DNA of 62,085 bases, the filler included, from Globobulimina sp. (lineage: Eukaryota), in the NCBI GenBank assembly GCA_003354225.1. It is 31 parts of 31 records of this genome, joined end to end, with 100 filler letters (N's around TTAATTAATTAA, not from the genome) between each part and the next. Parts side by side here need not be neighbours in the genome. Positions count along the whole stretch, not along the records: positions 50,158 to 52,062 come from PIVH01010723.1; positions 52,163 to 54,067 come from PIVH01010724.1; positions 54,168 to 56,072 come from PIVH01010725.1; positions 56,173 to 58,077 come from PIVH01010726.1; positions 58,178 to 60,081 come from PIVH01010727.1; positions 60,182 to 62,085 come from PIVH01010728.1; 25 more parts are not named here. One strand, 5' to 3'. The translations under genes and the position numbers were made by a program. This document shows positions 50,554 through 62,085 of the stretch, piece by piece; within the stretch, counting starts at the first letter, position 1, and each line of letters opens with the position of its first letter. The notes below the pieces were generated by a model. The model did no database searches. It was not told the DNA's origin and saw nothing but the letters and a program-made list of their open reading frames with translations.

Positions 50554-52061
50554 TTACAATTCTGCTTTTTGTTGTGCTAGATTTTGATCAATGCTCATTT
50601 GAGTTAAAAGTTTTAAATCTTTTTGTGGCAATTCAAAATCCCAAATGTTCCAATTCTGTTCTAAATGCTTAAAATTGGAACTCCGCGGAATGACAGCAAT
50701 TCCCATTTCTATCAACCATCTTAACAACACTTGCGATTCGGATGCTTTTCCATTTGTTGATGCGACTGAAATCTCATTCAATTTTTCTTTAAACTTTGTA
50801 TAATGTACTTGTCCATTTTCGAATCGTTGTTGAGCCTCTGCAATACCACGGTATTGAGCATAGCCTTGATAAATTATTCCAAATCTACTCACAAATTCAG
50901 CAAACTCCCAATCCGCATGACTTATATCAAAATAATTCTGTATGATTTGAGGAATGATTTGCATATTATGTCCATTTAATATTTCATTAAAAGTATTAAA
51001 ATTATAATTACTGATTCCAAGGTTTAATAAATATCCCTCACCATACAACTTCTCCATTATTTGATAGGTTTGGCCCCAGGGTCGATTTGATGCCTTTAAT
51101 TATATTCAAATCAAACAAAAAGTAAGCAAATAAGATGAAACTGACTTACTTGTTCGCAATGCATCCATACAACGTCAGGATTGCAGCTGTTCCAATGAAT
51201 CATGTATAAATCCAAATAATTTGTTTTCAACTTATTCAACGAAGCCAGAATCACTTTGGAGGTTTGAATGAAGCCTAAGTCAGTTGGCCATACTTTGCTA
51301 GTTATAAATAGATCATCTCTGTGGATCGACATCGCCATCCGACCCAATGCATTTTCATTATGATATGCTTGCGCCCCATCCACCAGTCGGTAGCCAATAT
51401 TATTTATCGCCCATTCCATAGACTGTGCCGCATCCAATGCGTCCAAACCACCCGTACCCAAACCCAACATCATAAATGGCAGTCCATTGTTTAAGCTCAC
51501 AACCATTTTATCTCTGTCTGCATCCTTTAAATGTGTGGTAACCGCAGCAAACGATTTCATTTTGAGTTCTGTCCAATATCTACGAAACGCAGAATAAATA
51601 TCATCATTCTCCTCTGTTATCATAATCAGTGCAACCGCCACGGTCTCTTCTGATGTTGCCCATCCACCACAATCCATTCCTGCGCTAAATCATTTGTAAC
51701 GAGCGTATATCCGGCATGTAACTCCATATTTGGTGTACCATCTGGATGCGTATAATTGTCATAATATAAAAATGAATATTCGAATTCTATATCATTTTGC
51801 ATACTGTTTCTGAGATATATCTTAGATTCAATTTTCCTCCAATATTGCTCTGAAATGCGATAGTAAAAACCATGTAAGTTTGTTCCTGTGATGGAGCTTA
51901 ATTCATTGTCGTCTGTGGAGAGGGAGGGATTTAATATATTGAACTGGTGCTGGTTCGGTGTGGTTATAAAGAGCCAATCTCGCGTGATATCATCGTACAT
52001 GGTGTCACATTTAAAAGTAATCTGTCCGGTTCTATCAAACTGCCATTGTTCATCTGCAAAG
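50554..52061 (-). CDS. Aldo-keto reductase with N-terminal extension; intron 51094-51149; frameshift near 51650
   Basis: GLGT, GYRLVDGAQAYHNE, RDDLFITSKVWP, YLDLYMIHW, GISNY, Q..LRW....IPRSS. Confidence 0.85.
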
Positions 52062-52215
52062 ANNNNNNNNNNNNNNNNNNNNNNNNNNNNNNNNNNNNNN
52101 NNNNNNTTAATTAATTAANNNNNNNNNNNNNNNNNNNNNNNNNNNNNNNNNNNNNNNNNNNNTTTAGGCTTAAACTTCTAAACACTTCTTTTGTGATTGG
52201 CAAGGTTTTTGGGTT

Positions 52216-52297
52216 AGCTAGAGTGGTTTTCAACTTTGAATACTAGGATTCGAATACTAGGTCAACTTCGAATACTAGGTTGAAAACCACTTTAGCT
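52216..52297. mobile_element. Short hAT-like MITE
   Basis: GAGTGGTTTTCAAC...GTTGAAAACCACT inverted ends; three internal GAATACTAGG units; TTAGCT on both flanks. Confidence 0.6.
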
Positions 52298-52345
52298 CTT
52301 TAAAAAAACTGAAGTTCAGCTAGTAAAAAACTTTTTTTTGCAGTA

Positions 52346-52768
52346 ATGACATCTGAAGAAGAGTTCGAAAATATATGGAATACGTTCTTTGATAAATATG
52401 GATGTGAGCCAAAAAATAGTAATTTGTTACTTAAATTTGTTGGACGGGACAAAGCTTTATCAAACATAAATTATAAAACCGCAAAGATAATATTCAATGC
52501 ATATAAAGGAAAAGGTCGAATTAGATACAAGACACAAACCACAGCAACAGATATTATACAATCATTACCAACTTCAAAAGCAAAACGTAACGCCAATAAT
52601 CAAAATATATTAACCTTAGCATCCATTTTCAAATTACAATTACTAATAAATGGTTATATTCGCAATATGAATGAAAATGAAACATTTAAATACATCATTC
52701 CATCAATAATATCTCATTTATGTCTCAATTATTGTCATTTACCAAATATTATCATTTTATTAATTTAA
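52346..52768 (+). CDS. Hypothetical protein with LLINGYIR...IP..I..LC..Y motif
   Basis: 140-aa ORF; this motif is recalled as frequent in foraminiferan hypothetical proteins (inference). Confidence 0.55.
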   Translation: MTSEEEFENIWNTFFDKYGCEPKNSNLLLKFVGRDKALSNINYKTAKIIFNAYKGKGRIRYKTQTTATDIIQSLPTSKAKRNANNQNILTLASIFKLQLLINGYIRNMNENETFKYIIPSIISHLCLNYCHLPNIIILLI

Positions 52769-53030
52769 ACTAAAAAGGTGCAAGAAGTTTTAATATGAAT
52801 TATTCAATTTAATTATTAATGGGTCATTACAGCTATATGGACAAACGGGAAATTATTATATTATTAATATGAAATATTAATAATCAAAAGAGAGGAAATA
52901 GTATTTATAAAATAAAACTATTTCAATAAACCCCATTTGCCCGCATGTACTGTGTATAAAATTTTAATGGTGCCTAGGAATGTTAGGAAATTTTATGGAG
53001 GCAAACCATTGATTAGGATGTATTTGATAT

Positions 53031-53795
53031 TTATTTTCTATTCTTTCTATTTTGAATTTTTTGAAAACAAAAATTTCTGTCTTCAATTTTCGCCCACAGG
53101 TCAAATACTACATTAGTTTGAAGGAAGAATCTATTTTTTGTATTTAAATCATTATGCGACGGTCCATGGATCATATCATGAATCATTCGACTTAGGCAAA
53201 TAGCATCGGGGTGGATGTAACGCATACTGATATCCGGGAGTTTGGCGTCACTCCAACCTACATATTTTAGGATAAGTCCGTGTGCAATTCCGACTTGCGA
53301 TGCTCGAGTTGTGCCTCCAATTCTTGAACTGTAAGATGAATATCTCTTTTTCTCTAAAATATATCTAGAATTGGCGGCGATTACCTCTTTTAAAATAGAG
53401 GAGAGCGAGTTAGTGTTTACAATTTTGCCGCTGGACCATACAAAAACGTTTTTATTTGTAGATAATTTAAGATTGTTTTTTCTAGTGCCTTCTGGCAGAC
53501 TCGCTAATAAAGTCTTTCTACGCTGCAAATAAACTCTTAACAATCTTAACTGATTCAATAGTTTGCAGGGACATGTTTTATTGAATTGTATGGTATCACG
53601 ACAGTAGGAATGGCCTACATATACTAATTTGGAATCATTGAGGGATTTCATGGATTTATGATTGACAATCTGTATACGGACGAAATGTGTGGATGGATCT
53701 GATTTATTTGGTTTCATAAACGTAATGTGTTTGAATTTAATCCCTCTTTTTGTTACGGAGTATTTGGATAACAAAAGTTCTGAGGGTCGGGACAT
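53031..53795 (-). mobile_element. Degenerate, 5'-truncated DIRS-type tyrosine recombinase of a second family
   Basis: RPSELL (catalytic Arg), HKS, YSSYSSRIGG (HxxR with H->Y), VGWS, MRY. An in-frame TAA lies just upstream of the Arg motif. Confidence 0.72.
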
Positions 53796-54346
53796 TTAAA
53801 ACCTTCAATAATGAATCCAATGGAATGGTTTGGTAGTGATTAATAACACAGTTTGATTTCAATGTACAGTGGTGTATCGGATAAGATGCAGACGCTACGA
53901 CCACTTTTTCAATATGACCACATATTGGTCATATTGGTCACATTTTATTTTGGTCATATTTGAAATTTTGATAATATTTAACGATTGATATGACCAAAAT
54001 AAATCAGGTGAGGGTTTTGCGTGTACAAAACACACTTTCCCTTAGGCTAAGTCGGACATAACTTGAGNNNNNNNNNNNNNNNNNNNNNNNNNNNNNNNNN
54101 NNNNNNNNNNNTTAATTAATTAANNNNNNNNNNNNNNNNNNNNNNNNNNNNNNNNNNNNNNNNNNNNTACAGAACAAATGCAACGTGATAAAGATGCAGT
54201 TTGATATATGCATTTTCACGCTACATATAATTAATTTAATTTGTTTGTTGCATTTTTAGAGCATGCGTGTCATAGCAGAGGCTCGTATTTAATTAATTAA
54301 ATATAATAATATAAATATATAATCTTTTCATCCATTCCATCGCATC

Positions 54347-54428
54347 TCATCACCGTAGGATTCGAACCTACATCCATTTGGTTTGTAGTCCATTCAAACC
54401 AATGCTCTGCCAATTGAGCTAGGTGTTG
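54347..54428 (-). tRNA. tRNA-like gene (Phe-GAA register) with an 8-nt enlarged anticodon loop; may be a pseudogene or SINE head
   Basis: CAACACC TA GCTC AATTGGCA GAGC A TTGGT TTGAATGGACTACAA ACCAA ATGGAT GTAGG TTCGAAT CCTAC GGTGATG A. D, anticodon and T stems pair fully; acceptor stem 6/7. Confidence 0.7.
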
Positions 54429-54937
54429 GCAAACTAGAGCGTAAGTGCCATGTAATCGAACCTTTTTGAGTTAGGTCACAGAAAATACTTAGTTAGCACT
54501 AGTCTAATACATTAGCTCAATAGTTGTGACTGCAGTGAATGGAGTGAGGGATAGCGCGAACGCAATCCCAGATTATGACAATAAATTGATCGGATGTCAA
54601 TGATAAACATCAACACATAAAGGGTGCAAACGACAGAGTGTTATGTGTCGACCCAATATGAACAGATACGTTCTGATTGATCACGTCTCTGCATCCGACA
54701 AGTTAAGTGAAGGAAACACAAATCATAAAAACAATACTTTTCAAACAATAATATTCTTTACATGCATCCTAATATCATTCAATCACTGTCTCAACACACT
54801 GAGTCGCATGTTGTTTTCTCGTCAAATTGTAATCGATTAACACCATTCAATAATACCCTGCAAATAGCAATTCGATGAAAACCTAGTGATGATTATAGTT
54901 TTCAGACTCACAGTGTTTAAATACAAAGGAAAGCCTC

Positions 54938-55912
54938 ATGTCGTCTTTGCCGCAAAGAAATATCAGTTTATTATGGAGAGTTGAAAATTTATTGCAAATG
55001 CTAACAACCTATTTGCAAATAAAAAGGAGCAAGAAAACTCCAGAAGAATTGTATGGCGATATTTTAATAAACGATAATGAATCAATTGCATTGCGAATGA
55101 GAACATGTTTTGAGTTGAAATCGATAAATAATGAATCAGCGATCGATGAATTAAACCGTGGATTATTATTTAGTCAGTCATCATTATTAAAACATGAAAT
55201 CGCTTATGTTTTGGGCCAAATGAGGAATAAATACGCAATTAAATATTTAATCAATGTGTTAGAAAATGGAAATGAAGAAACCATTGTAAGACATGAATGT
55301 TGTGAGGCTTTGGGTGCCATTGCGGAGATATCCGATATAAAAACGATTGAGATCATAAAGAAATATTGCAATGATACATGCATTGAAATTGCACAAACTG
55401 CTCAGTTGGCATTGCAATGTATCAAATTGGCTCAAAATAACCACAAAATTAAAAAATCAAAGTATAATTCCATTGATCCAGCACCGCCATATAATAATAT
55501 TACAGACTTAGAAAAATTAAAAAACATTTATTTGTGTGACACAAATGATTTATTCGAGAGATATCGGGCAATGTTTACACTTCGAGATATTGGCAGTGAT
55601 GAAGCGATACAAATATTATGTTTGGGATTAAATGATAAAAAATCAGCATTGTTTCGACACGAAGTGGCCTTTGTTTTGGGTCAAATTGGTCACAACATAG
55701 TCGATAATGGAATATCTGCATTGTCCGTTGCGTTGGAAAATAAAAATGAAAGCAGTATGGTACGGCATGAAGCGGCCGAGGCACTCGGTGCCATTGCAAA
55801 GGATGAATGTAAAACAATTATAAAACAACACTTGAATGATCAAGAGATTGTGGTAAAGGAATCTTGCATTGTGGCTGATGATATTTATACGTTTTGGACA
55901 ACCCAATCTTAA
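54938..55912 (+). CDS. DOHH: Deoxyhypusine hydroxylase
   Basis: Four HE motifs in HEAT-like repeats (LLKHEIAYVLGQ, VRHECCEALGAI, LFRHEVAFVLGQ, MVRHEAAEALGAI), SIDPAPP, LFERYRAMFTLRD. Confidence 0.95.
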   Translation: MSSLPQRNISLLWRVENLLQMLTTYLQIKRSKKTPEELYGDILINDNESIALRMRTCFELKSINNESAIDELNRGLLFSQSSLLKHEIAYVLGQMRNKYAIKYLINVLENGNEETIVRHECCEALGAIAEISDIKTIEIIKKYCNDTCIEIAQTAQLALQCIKLAQNNHKIKKSKYNSIDPAPPYNNITDLEKLKNIYLCDTNDLFERYRAMFTLRDIGSDEAIQILCLGLNDKKSALFRHEVAFVLGQIGHNIVDNGISALSVALENKNESSMVRHEAAEALGAIAKDECKTIIKQHLNDQEIVVKESCIVADDIYTFWTTQS

Positions 55913-56172
55913 AAATCAATTTCATGACCAACTTGGACCTGTTGTGCAATAAATTGTTTCCACGAGTTTTCACTAGCTTTGCGCTCCATTTTTGCTCTCG
56001 ACATTTGCGCCCAAATTGCATCAAACTTATTTTCTTTTTTTTTATTATGATTATTATCTTCAAATTGAGGTTNNNNNNNNNNNNNNNNNNNNNNNNNNNN
56101 NNNNNNNNNNNNNNNNTTAATTAATTAANNNNNNNNNNNNNNNNNNNNNNNNNNNNNNNNNNNNNNNNNNNN

Positions 56173-56835
56173 AAACGCGAAACGTTTCAAGGGACGCAAA
56201 TGCGACGCAGCTATAAAGCACAATTGTTTGGGTCGGTTACTAAGCTAAACACTAAGAAATTAAAGTCATTGGACTTGCAAACCATTGATTTGTATTCTGC
56301 GGATACATTGTTTTCATGGTCTCAATTCCGCCATGTGTTGTATGACAGGGGTTTGATGTTTCTGCAGCGGGAGGAAGCGTACAATGGATATTTGATTATT
56401 TGTACATTGATTACATTGTTTTTTTTCTTATATTCGCTGATCAATGAGGATATTGTGGTTGTTTGGGAGGATTTGATTATTACGTTAATTACTTGTATAT
56501 TTGTGTTGGCACCGTCAATGTGGACCTTATCCTGTGGCAATAGTTTAAATTATCAAACTACAAAACAGCAAAAAATATTGTCGGAAAGAGTTGTTGAGAT
56601 GTTGCATTTTCAGTATATTGCAGAACAAAAGAAAATGACATATTGGATGGGTGAAATAAGGAAAGCGAGGGAAATGTGTGAAGCTGTAATTGATGTGTTG
56701 TCGCAAGATGAATATTCTGTAAAATTGATAGGGATTAAAGTTGATAATTCTATGTTTCAATTAACTGCTACAATCATTGGAATATTGTTGTATCTCTCTG
56801 GCTGGCTTGTCTATCAAGCATGGATTAAAAAATAA
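56173..56835 (+). CDS. Multi-TM membrane protein C-terminus, same family as 38884-40030
   Basis: IDL......SWSQFRHVL..RG..F..R, two TM helices, then VKLIGIKVD and a last helix. Confidence 0.65.
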   Translation, partial: KRETFQGTQMRRSYKAQLFGSVTKLNTKKLKSLDLQTIDLYSADTLFSWSQFRHVLYDRGLMFLQREEAYNGYLIICTLITLFFFLYSLINEDIVVVWEDLIITLITCIFVLAPSMWTLSCGNSLNYQTTKQQKILSERVVEMLHFQYIAEQKKMTYWMGEIRKAREMCEAVIDVLSQDEYSVKLIGIKVDNSMFQLTATIIGILLYLSGWLVYQAWIKK

Positions 56836-57050
56836 TAAATGTATATATACAATTCACATGCAATGAATGCACAATGTCATGTACATTACGATCGTCGTTT
56901 TGTTTCGTTTAGTTGTCCAAATCACGATTTTTTTACGTTGCATCAAAAAACATGTCAAGCTCCGAGTCAAACTGATCGAACAAACAGGAAATCGTAGTTA
57001 GTACACCACGACCGCTGAAGTTGTAGTAAACCGCTGAAGAGCATTGAAGA

Positions 57051-57881
57051 ATGGCCTGGCGTAATAATGAAACAAAAATAAAACAACACAGCTGCATCGG
57101 AAATTCATCAGTTAATAACAAACCCAACAAAAACCCAGTGAACAAAAGACAAACCACTTCGTGTTATTGTACCACATGCAAACGTAACAAACCAGCGAAA
57201 CAATTTTCAAAAAATCAAAGACGGAAAAAAAGAAAAACAAGAAGATGTATTGATTGCATTCAGAACCAATCACAAAATAGTATTAATAACCACAAAGCAT
57301 TCAAACCCAGCCACATTGAGAGTCATTCAGGATCCATGGTTAATATTATTAACAATAATGTTTTTAAAGACGAACAACATGATGAAAACAACGAAAATAG
57401 TCAACATACATTGGAAATTTATTCAAGGTCATTTTTAAAAGATGAATTGATGACAATTTTTGAAATTAATGATGTTTTATCAACAGCACTTTCAAATATC
57501 ATTTCCGATTTTTTGCCGTTTGAATTTGTAGGTACATATCGGTGGGATGGCAGTAAGCCATCCTATCAATATTGGGATAGACATACAATTGCATTAAATG
57601 AGAATTATACGTATTGTTGGGATTATTATATGAAAGATAAGTATCCGGGCGATACTGAGTTCGAAGAGTGGAAATGGAGTGGCAAATATAAATATGATGA
57701 TATATCACATACTGTTACATTGGATGTAGAAAATCAAACAATTTTCTATAATAAAAGAATTAAATCATTCTCAATCAAAACAAAACTTTGTAAACGCATT
57801 TCTGGATATTCGTTAACACTCATTGATGCAATACCAGTTGGAATGGGTGTTGCGGACAGTGTGACATTAAAATTGGATTGA
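57051..57881 (+). CDS. Stc1-like zinc-finger protein
   Basis: CTTCKRNKPAKQFSKNQRRK....RRCIDCI fits the C-x2-C...FS..Q...C-x2-C Stc1-domain pattern. Confidence 0.6.
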   Translation: MAWRNNETKIKQHSCIGNSSVNNKPNKNPVNKRQTTSCYCTTCKRNKPAKQFSKNQRRKKRKTRRCIDCIQNQSQNSINNHKAFKPSHIESHSGSMVNIINNNVFKDEQHDENNENSQHTLEIYSRSFLKDELMTIFEINDVLSTALSNIISDFLPFEFVGTYRWDGSKPSYQYWDRHTIALNENYTYCWDYYMKDKYPGDTEFEEWKWSGKYKYDDISHTVTLDVENQTIFYNKRIKSFSIKTKLCKRISGYSLTLIDAIPVGMGVADSVTLKLD

Positions 57882-58177
57882 TACATTTCTCAATTTCCTG
57901 ATCTTTTACAAATTACTTTTTTTTAATTTGTTTGTTTTCATCGATCGATCAGTGCCATGCCTATTATCATTACATCTATTTGCTGTAACAAAACAGATCT
58001 TTTTTTTGCTTGCAATTGAACACCGTAGTCTTTTCGTTAAATATGGCACTGATCCGCCACATCCGAAACTGCAATTANNNNNNNNNNNNNNNNNNNNNNN
58101 NNNNNNNNNNNNNNNNNNNNNTTAATTAATTAANNNNNNNNNNNNNNNNNNNNNNNNNNNNNNNNNNNNNNNNNNNN

Positions 58178-59759
58178 TAATAACAACGATGCTAATGATG
58201 AATCTGCAGCTGTCTTTAAAATAAGGCCATCCTTTAAGACTCAAACAAATACGAATAATATTAATGACGCACAACTGCTGCAATTACAAGAAAACAACAC
58301 AACAACAACAACAACAACAACAGGGAATGATGAGTATGCTGCCATTGACAATGTAAGAATCAATAAATATGCAAAGAATGCGCAAGATGTAAATAACATA
58401 AATAACTTAAAGAATGAGATGAATAGAAATAAGAGACACAAAACTGCTCAAACTATCGCTTTAAAATCAAATGAGAATAATAGCAATAATAAAGAGAAGG
58501 CATTTCAGCAATCAACGAGACGTCGATATTCTGCTGAATTGGAATTCCATGCATCCTCGAGACATATAAATAGAAAACGACACAATTCGAGATCGTCGCT
58601 AACATCACGTTTTCAACACTCTGCACATCAGACTCAGGACGATATGATATTTTTATCTTACGAGCAGTACCTACAAGAAACAAACAATAATCTGGAGCCT
58701 ACTCTTGATGATGACGATGAACCCAATGAGGAAAGCGAGGAGGAAGAGGAAGAGGAAGATAAAGAGGAAAAAAGTCAAAGTGAAAGGGAAAGGGATATTG
58801 TTGCAGATTTATTGAAGTTTAATAGTAATCGGTCGCCGCGGCGACTTCGATCCAAGGAAGAGTTCACCCAAATAAGTACACGGCGCGTAGTTAAATTACA
58901 TGCCCCGCCAGAAATAAAATATTCCGAAATAGATTTTGAAAATGAAGAGTTTATTGGTAAAGGCTCCTTTGGTCAGGTTGTAAAAGCCAAATATCATGAA
59001 ATTGATGTGGCAGTCAAGAAATTGCACCGACAAAAACTAGCAGGCTCAGAATTATTAAATTTTAAGCGCGAAGCGGCTATAATGCAGAAAGTAGGGGGAC
59101 ATAAACACATCGCCAGGATGTATGGATTTTGCACAAAGCCCGAGATTTTAATGATAACCGAATATTATGCACGAGGTTCATTGCATGACATCATTAAAAA
59201 ACAGAAAAAGAATGTAAATTATAAACGACTGACCACAGAGTTAAAAATTCAAATGTGTATCGAAGCATCGTTGGGTATATGGCATTTGCACCAACAACAA
59301 GTGATCCATCGGGACATCAGCGCCCGTAATTTGTTGGTAGATTCGAATTGGACGGTAGTTGTGGCAGATTTGGGAATGAGTCGATTAAAATCAAATATTA
59401 TCATAAAATCCAATGTTGGGCCAGTCAAATGGATGGCGCCTGAATCAATTATTGGGCACCAATACTCTGAAAAATCTGATTCATATTCATTTGGTATCAC
59501 TCTCTATGAAATATTCTCTGAATCTGAGCCATATCCCGGATTGTTACCGCTGGAAGCCGGCGCCAAAGTGGTTCACGAAGGATTAAGACCGGCAATCGAT
59601 AAACATAAAACAATTCAAAATGTGCCAAATCTATGCAAATTACTAACAATGCTCTGGAAACCGCAACCCAAAGACCGGCCCGACTTCTTGTTTATTACCC
59701 AATCTCTCAAAAAGATCAAACAGCAATGGCTCATTAAAAAATCAAAATATAAATGTTAA
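58178..59759 (+). CDS. Tyrosine-kinase-like (TKL) protein kinase, 5' partial
   Basis: IGKGSFGQV, VAVKKL, HRDISARN, DLG, GPVKWMAPE, SDSYSFG, DRP. Confidence 0.92.
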
Positions 59760-60181
59760 ATTTCAATTAAAAATCTTAATTTTGTTTTTTTTAATTTTTA
59801 CCTTTGTGCAAGGATTCTCCTCTCATCTCCTCTATCTCCTCTATCTCCGAGTCGCTCTACTTGAAGCAACAGAATGACACAGTTTAGTGTTTGGTTATGG
59901 TCCACTGTTTTGTTAGTGAATGGAATTGTATATTGTATTGAATATGAATATGATTCAAATGGAAATCTAATAAATAATGGCGATTTAGAATATGAAATAG
60001 ATGACGACCAATATTTTGCTATGACAATCGCAGAATTGTTGTTATGGACATTAGGCTCAGTAGTTATTGGAATTATTATTTNNNNNNNNNNNNNNNNNNN
60101 NNNNNNNNNNNNNNNNNNNNNNNNNTTAATTAATTAANNNNNNNNNNNNNNNNNNNNNNNNNNNNNNNNNNNNNNNNNNNN

Positions 60182-61783
60182 TATCCTGAAACGGCTTACA
60201 TTCATCCACATTGTCCGGATGTGTCCACCACGAATACTTGGCATCTGAATTCTGCGTAATGCCGTAAGCAAACTTGATCTGTCCCGTATCCTCCTCAATG
60301 TAGGAGACCCTCGCTTTGATCCACGACATGTAATGGAACCTATGACACGACGGCAATCGAATCAGTACTTTGTCCGCAATCTTGAGCTCTTGCAACTGTC
60401 TGCGCTGTACCTGCCGCCTCGTAATCCGCCCGTACTTAGCCAGCTTCTCATAGTCTTCGCTGATATGTATCCAACAGTCATACTGCGAATTCCACCCAAC
60501 ATAATGCAGCTTAATGAACATAAATTGTTTCTGTGTAATGGAGGCTTTGCACCATCGACCTTTGTAGTCTCTGTGGTCGATCTTATCGCCGACGCACAAT
60601 GAACGCAAATCGATGTCGGATAACAACATCTCATTCATTCGAAAGCCATCGTTTTCGTCATTGTCCTGCTGGCAAATATCATTATGCTCGTTTTTTGAAT
60701 CTGGCTCATTTGCATTCGGCTTCGCATCGCTTTTCATTTTGTTGTGCAGTTTCTTGCGTAGTATGTTTATAATTTTGTCCTTTGAGATGAAGCGCATTCG
60801 ATTGATTTCGTCGCAGAGATAGTCCGTATTAAACTTATTGAAATCGAAATAATTTATTAATTTTGTCATGTATGCTTCCCACTGTGTACTGCGGGAATGT
60901 CTATGTTTGCTGTCATCGCAACCGATGGAATGCGAGGATATATTGTCAATAATTTGCGATTTGCTCCATCGAAGACAAGCTGTGAACATTCGTTCGTCGT
61001 TGATTTGACATTTCAGCATTTCTTCGAGCTGCCAGTATTTAAGATATTTTTCGAATAAATGGTCATTTAAAATTAAATATTTATCATAATAATAATTATC
61101 GTCGCTGTGGTTATTGCTGACGTGCTGGGACTGGCTCTGTGCGTTTGTGTTGTTGCAATTGTTGATTTGTTTGATTTTATTATCATTGTAATGTTGGTGT
61201 TGAATGCAATCGGCGATATTTAACGCTTTGCAGCATTGGATAAAGGTTTTGAAAAACGGATAAAATGTGGATTGAGGATATTTCGCAAATGATTTCATGA
61301 TTTTATACCAGTTTTTAGCCTTTTCTATGTTTAATAGATATTGGTGGCATTTGGTAATTAGTGTTTTAATGAAATATATCCGCGATGCATATAATACATC
61401 CACTACAATGTCACAGGTCTGTGTGTGTTATGTGTTGTGTTTAAAGGAAAAGATATAGAAATATAACGAACTAATTTAGGATTTTGAAAATAAAACATGG
61501 ATCGTATGAATTTAAATGCATTGGGGGTTATATCACCAATAATAACGGCTTTGTCTTTTGACACAGATTCTGAATAATTACCAAACAGCATATTGCGAAA
61601 TACTTCACTTTGAGCGGCAAATAATGCTCTTATTGCAGTGAATTGTTGGTCAGCAATGATGAATATAACATCTCCATAATCTTCATTCCCCATTATTTCA
61701 CTTAAATTCTCTCGTAATGAATCGTGCAGATTCAGACTTGGTTGGGTTAATGCAGACGGACTTAGTTTTTCTTCTGACGCCAT
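60182..61783 (-). CDS. BTB/POZ protein with BACK-like region and C-terminal Tudor/MBT-like domains; intron 61419-61471
   Basis: DVIFII....F.A.R..FAAQSEVFRNMLFG...E. Splicing gives PKL|TCDIVVDVLYA. C-terminus VGDKIDHRD..GRW..A.I.....LHYVGW...YD.WI. Confidence 0.85.
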
Positions 61784-61866
61784 CTGATCGAAGTTATAAC
61801 TAACTCACTTTTCTAAAAACTTTAACAACCATTTTTTACTTCAAAACTTTAAGAAATCAATATCAA

Positions 61867-62085
61867 TTAATTCCCTCGCAAGGTGTCCATTATGTGCTCA
61901 TATTTATGATAATCCAATGTTTTGTACAAGTCGTCTCTTGTTTGCATTAAATGTAAGCATTCCTTTTGATGTCCATTATCAACAATACTTTGATAGACAT
62001 CCGACGCCGCTTTGGCCATTGCTCGATGCGCAGACAATGGATATAAAACAATTTGGACGCCGGATTCATACAATTCTTGTTTTGT
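61867..62085 (-). CDS. prpB: 2-methylisocitrate lyase, C-terminal fragment
   Basis: LYPLSAHRAMAKAA..VY..I...GHQK.....MQTRDDLY..LDYH.YE..MD.L matches the C-terminus of proteobacterial PrpB. Confidence 0.85.
   Translation of the reverse strand, partial: TKQELYESGVQIVLYPLSAHRAMAKAASDVYQSIVDNGHQKECLHLMQTRDDLYKTLDYHKYEHIMDTLRGN

Noticed and set aside
53031-54428. Integrase next to a tRNA as a prophage or genomic island
   Set aside because: A linker at ~54068-54167 separates them, and the YR is DIRS-like rather than phage-like.

Overview
This window is not one continuous locus. It is a concatenation of about 31 unrelated contigs of ~1.9 kb each, joined by artificial N-run/TTAATTAATTAA/N-run linkers, so adjacency across a linker means nothing. 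The DNA is AT-rich and eukaryotic. It has short GT-AG introns (often GTT donors), uses the standard genetic code, and carries some homopolymer frameshifts. Lineage-typical hypothetical protein motifs suggest a rhizarian/foraminiferan protist (inference). Recognisable housekeeping genes: ARF, centrin, NOP58, DOHH, histone H2A, a ZIP transporter, an aldo-keto reductase, a TKL kinase, a pentameric ligand-gated channel, BTB, CAP-Gly, PH, SAM and SPRY proteins, and a bacterial-type PrpB. Mobile DNA is abundant: DIRS/Ngaro-type tyrosine-recombinase retrotransposon pieces on three contigs, a LINE RT, a LINE-type RNase H, a Gag-like ORF with a PB1 domain and a CCCH finger, and several MITE-like hairpins. 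The most unusual observations are: (1) a histone-H3-tail mimic with both ARKS motifs changed to ARRS and no histone fold, 1.3 kb from an H2A gene; (2) the PB1-Gag-CCCH fusion; (3) an FCP1-like phosphatase gene enclosed by long terminal inverted repeats (pack-type element); (4) normally cytosolic enzymes (a USP-like protease fused to a beta-trefoil, and a PP2C) with apparent signal peptides; (5) a circularly permuted ZIP gene contig; (6) a tRNA-like gene with an enlarged anticodon arm.
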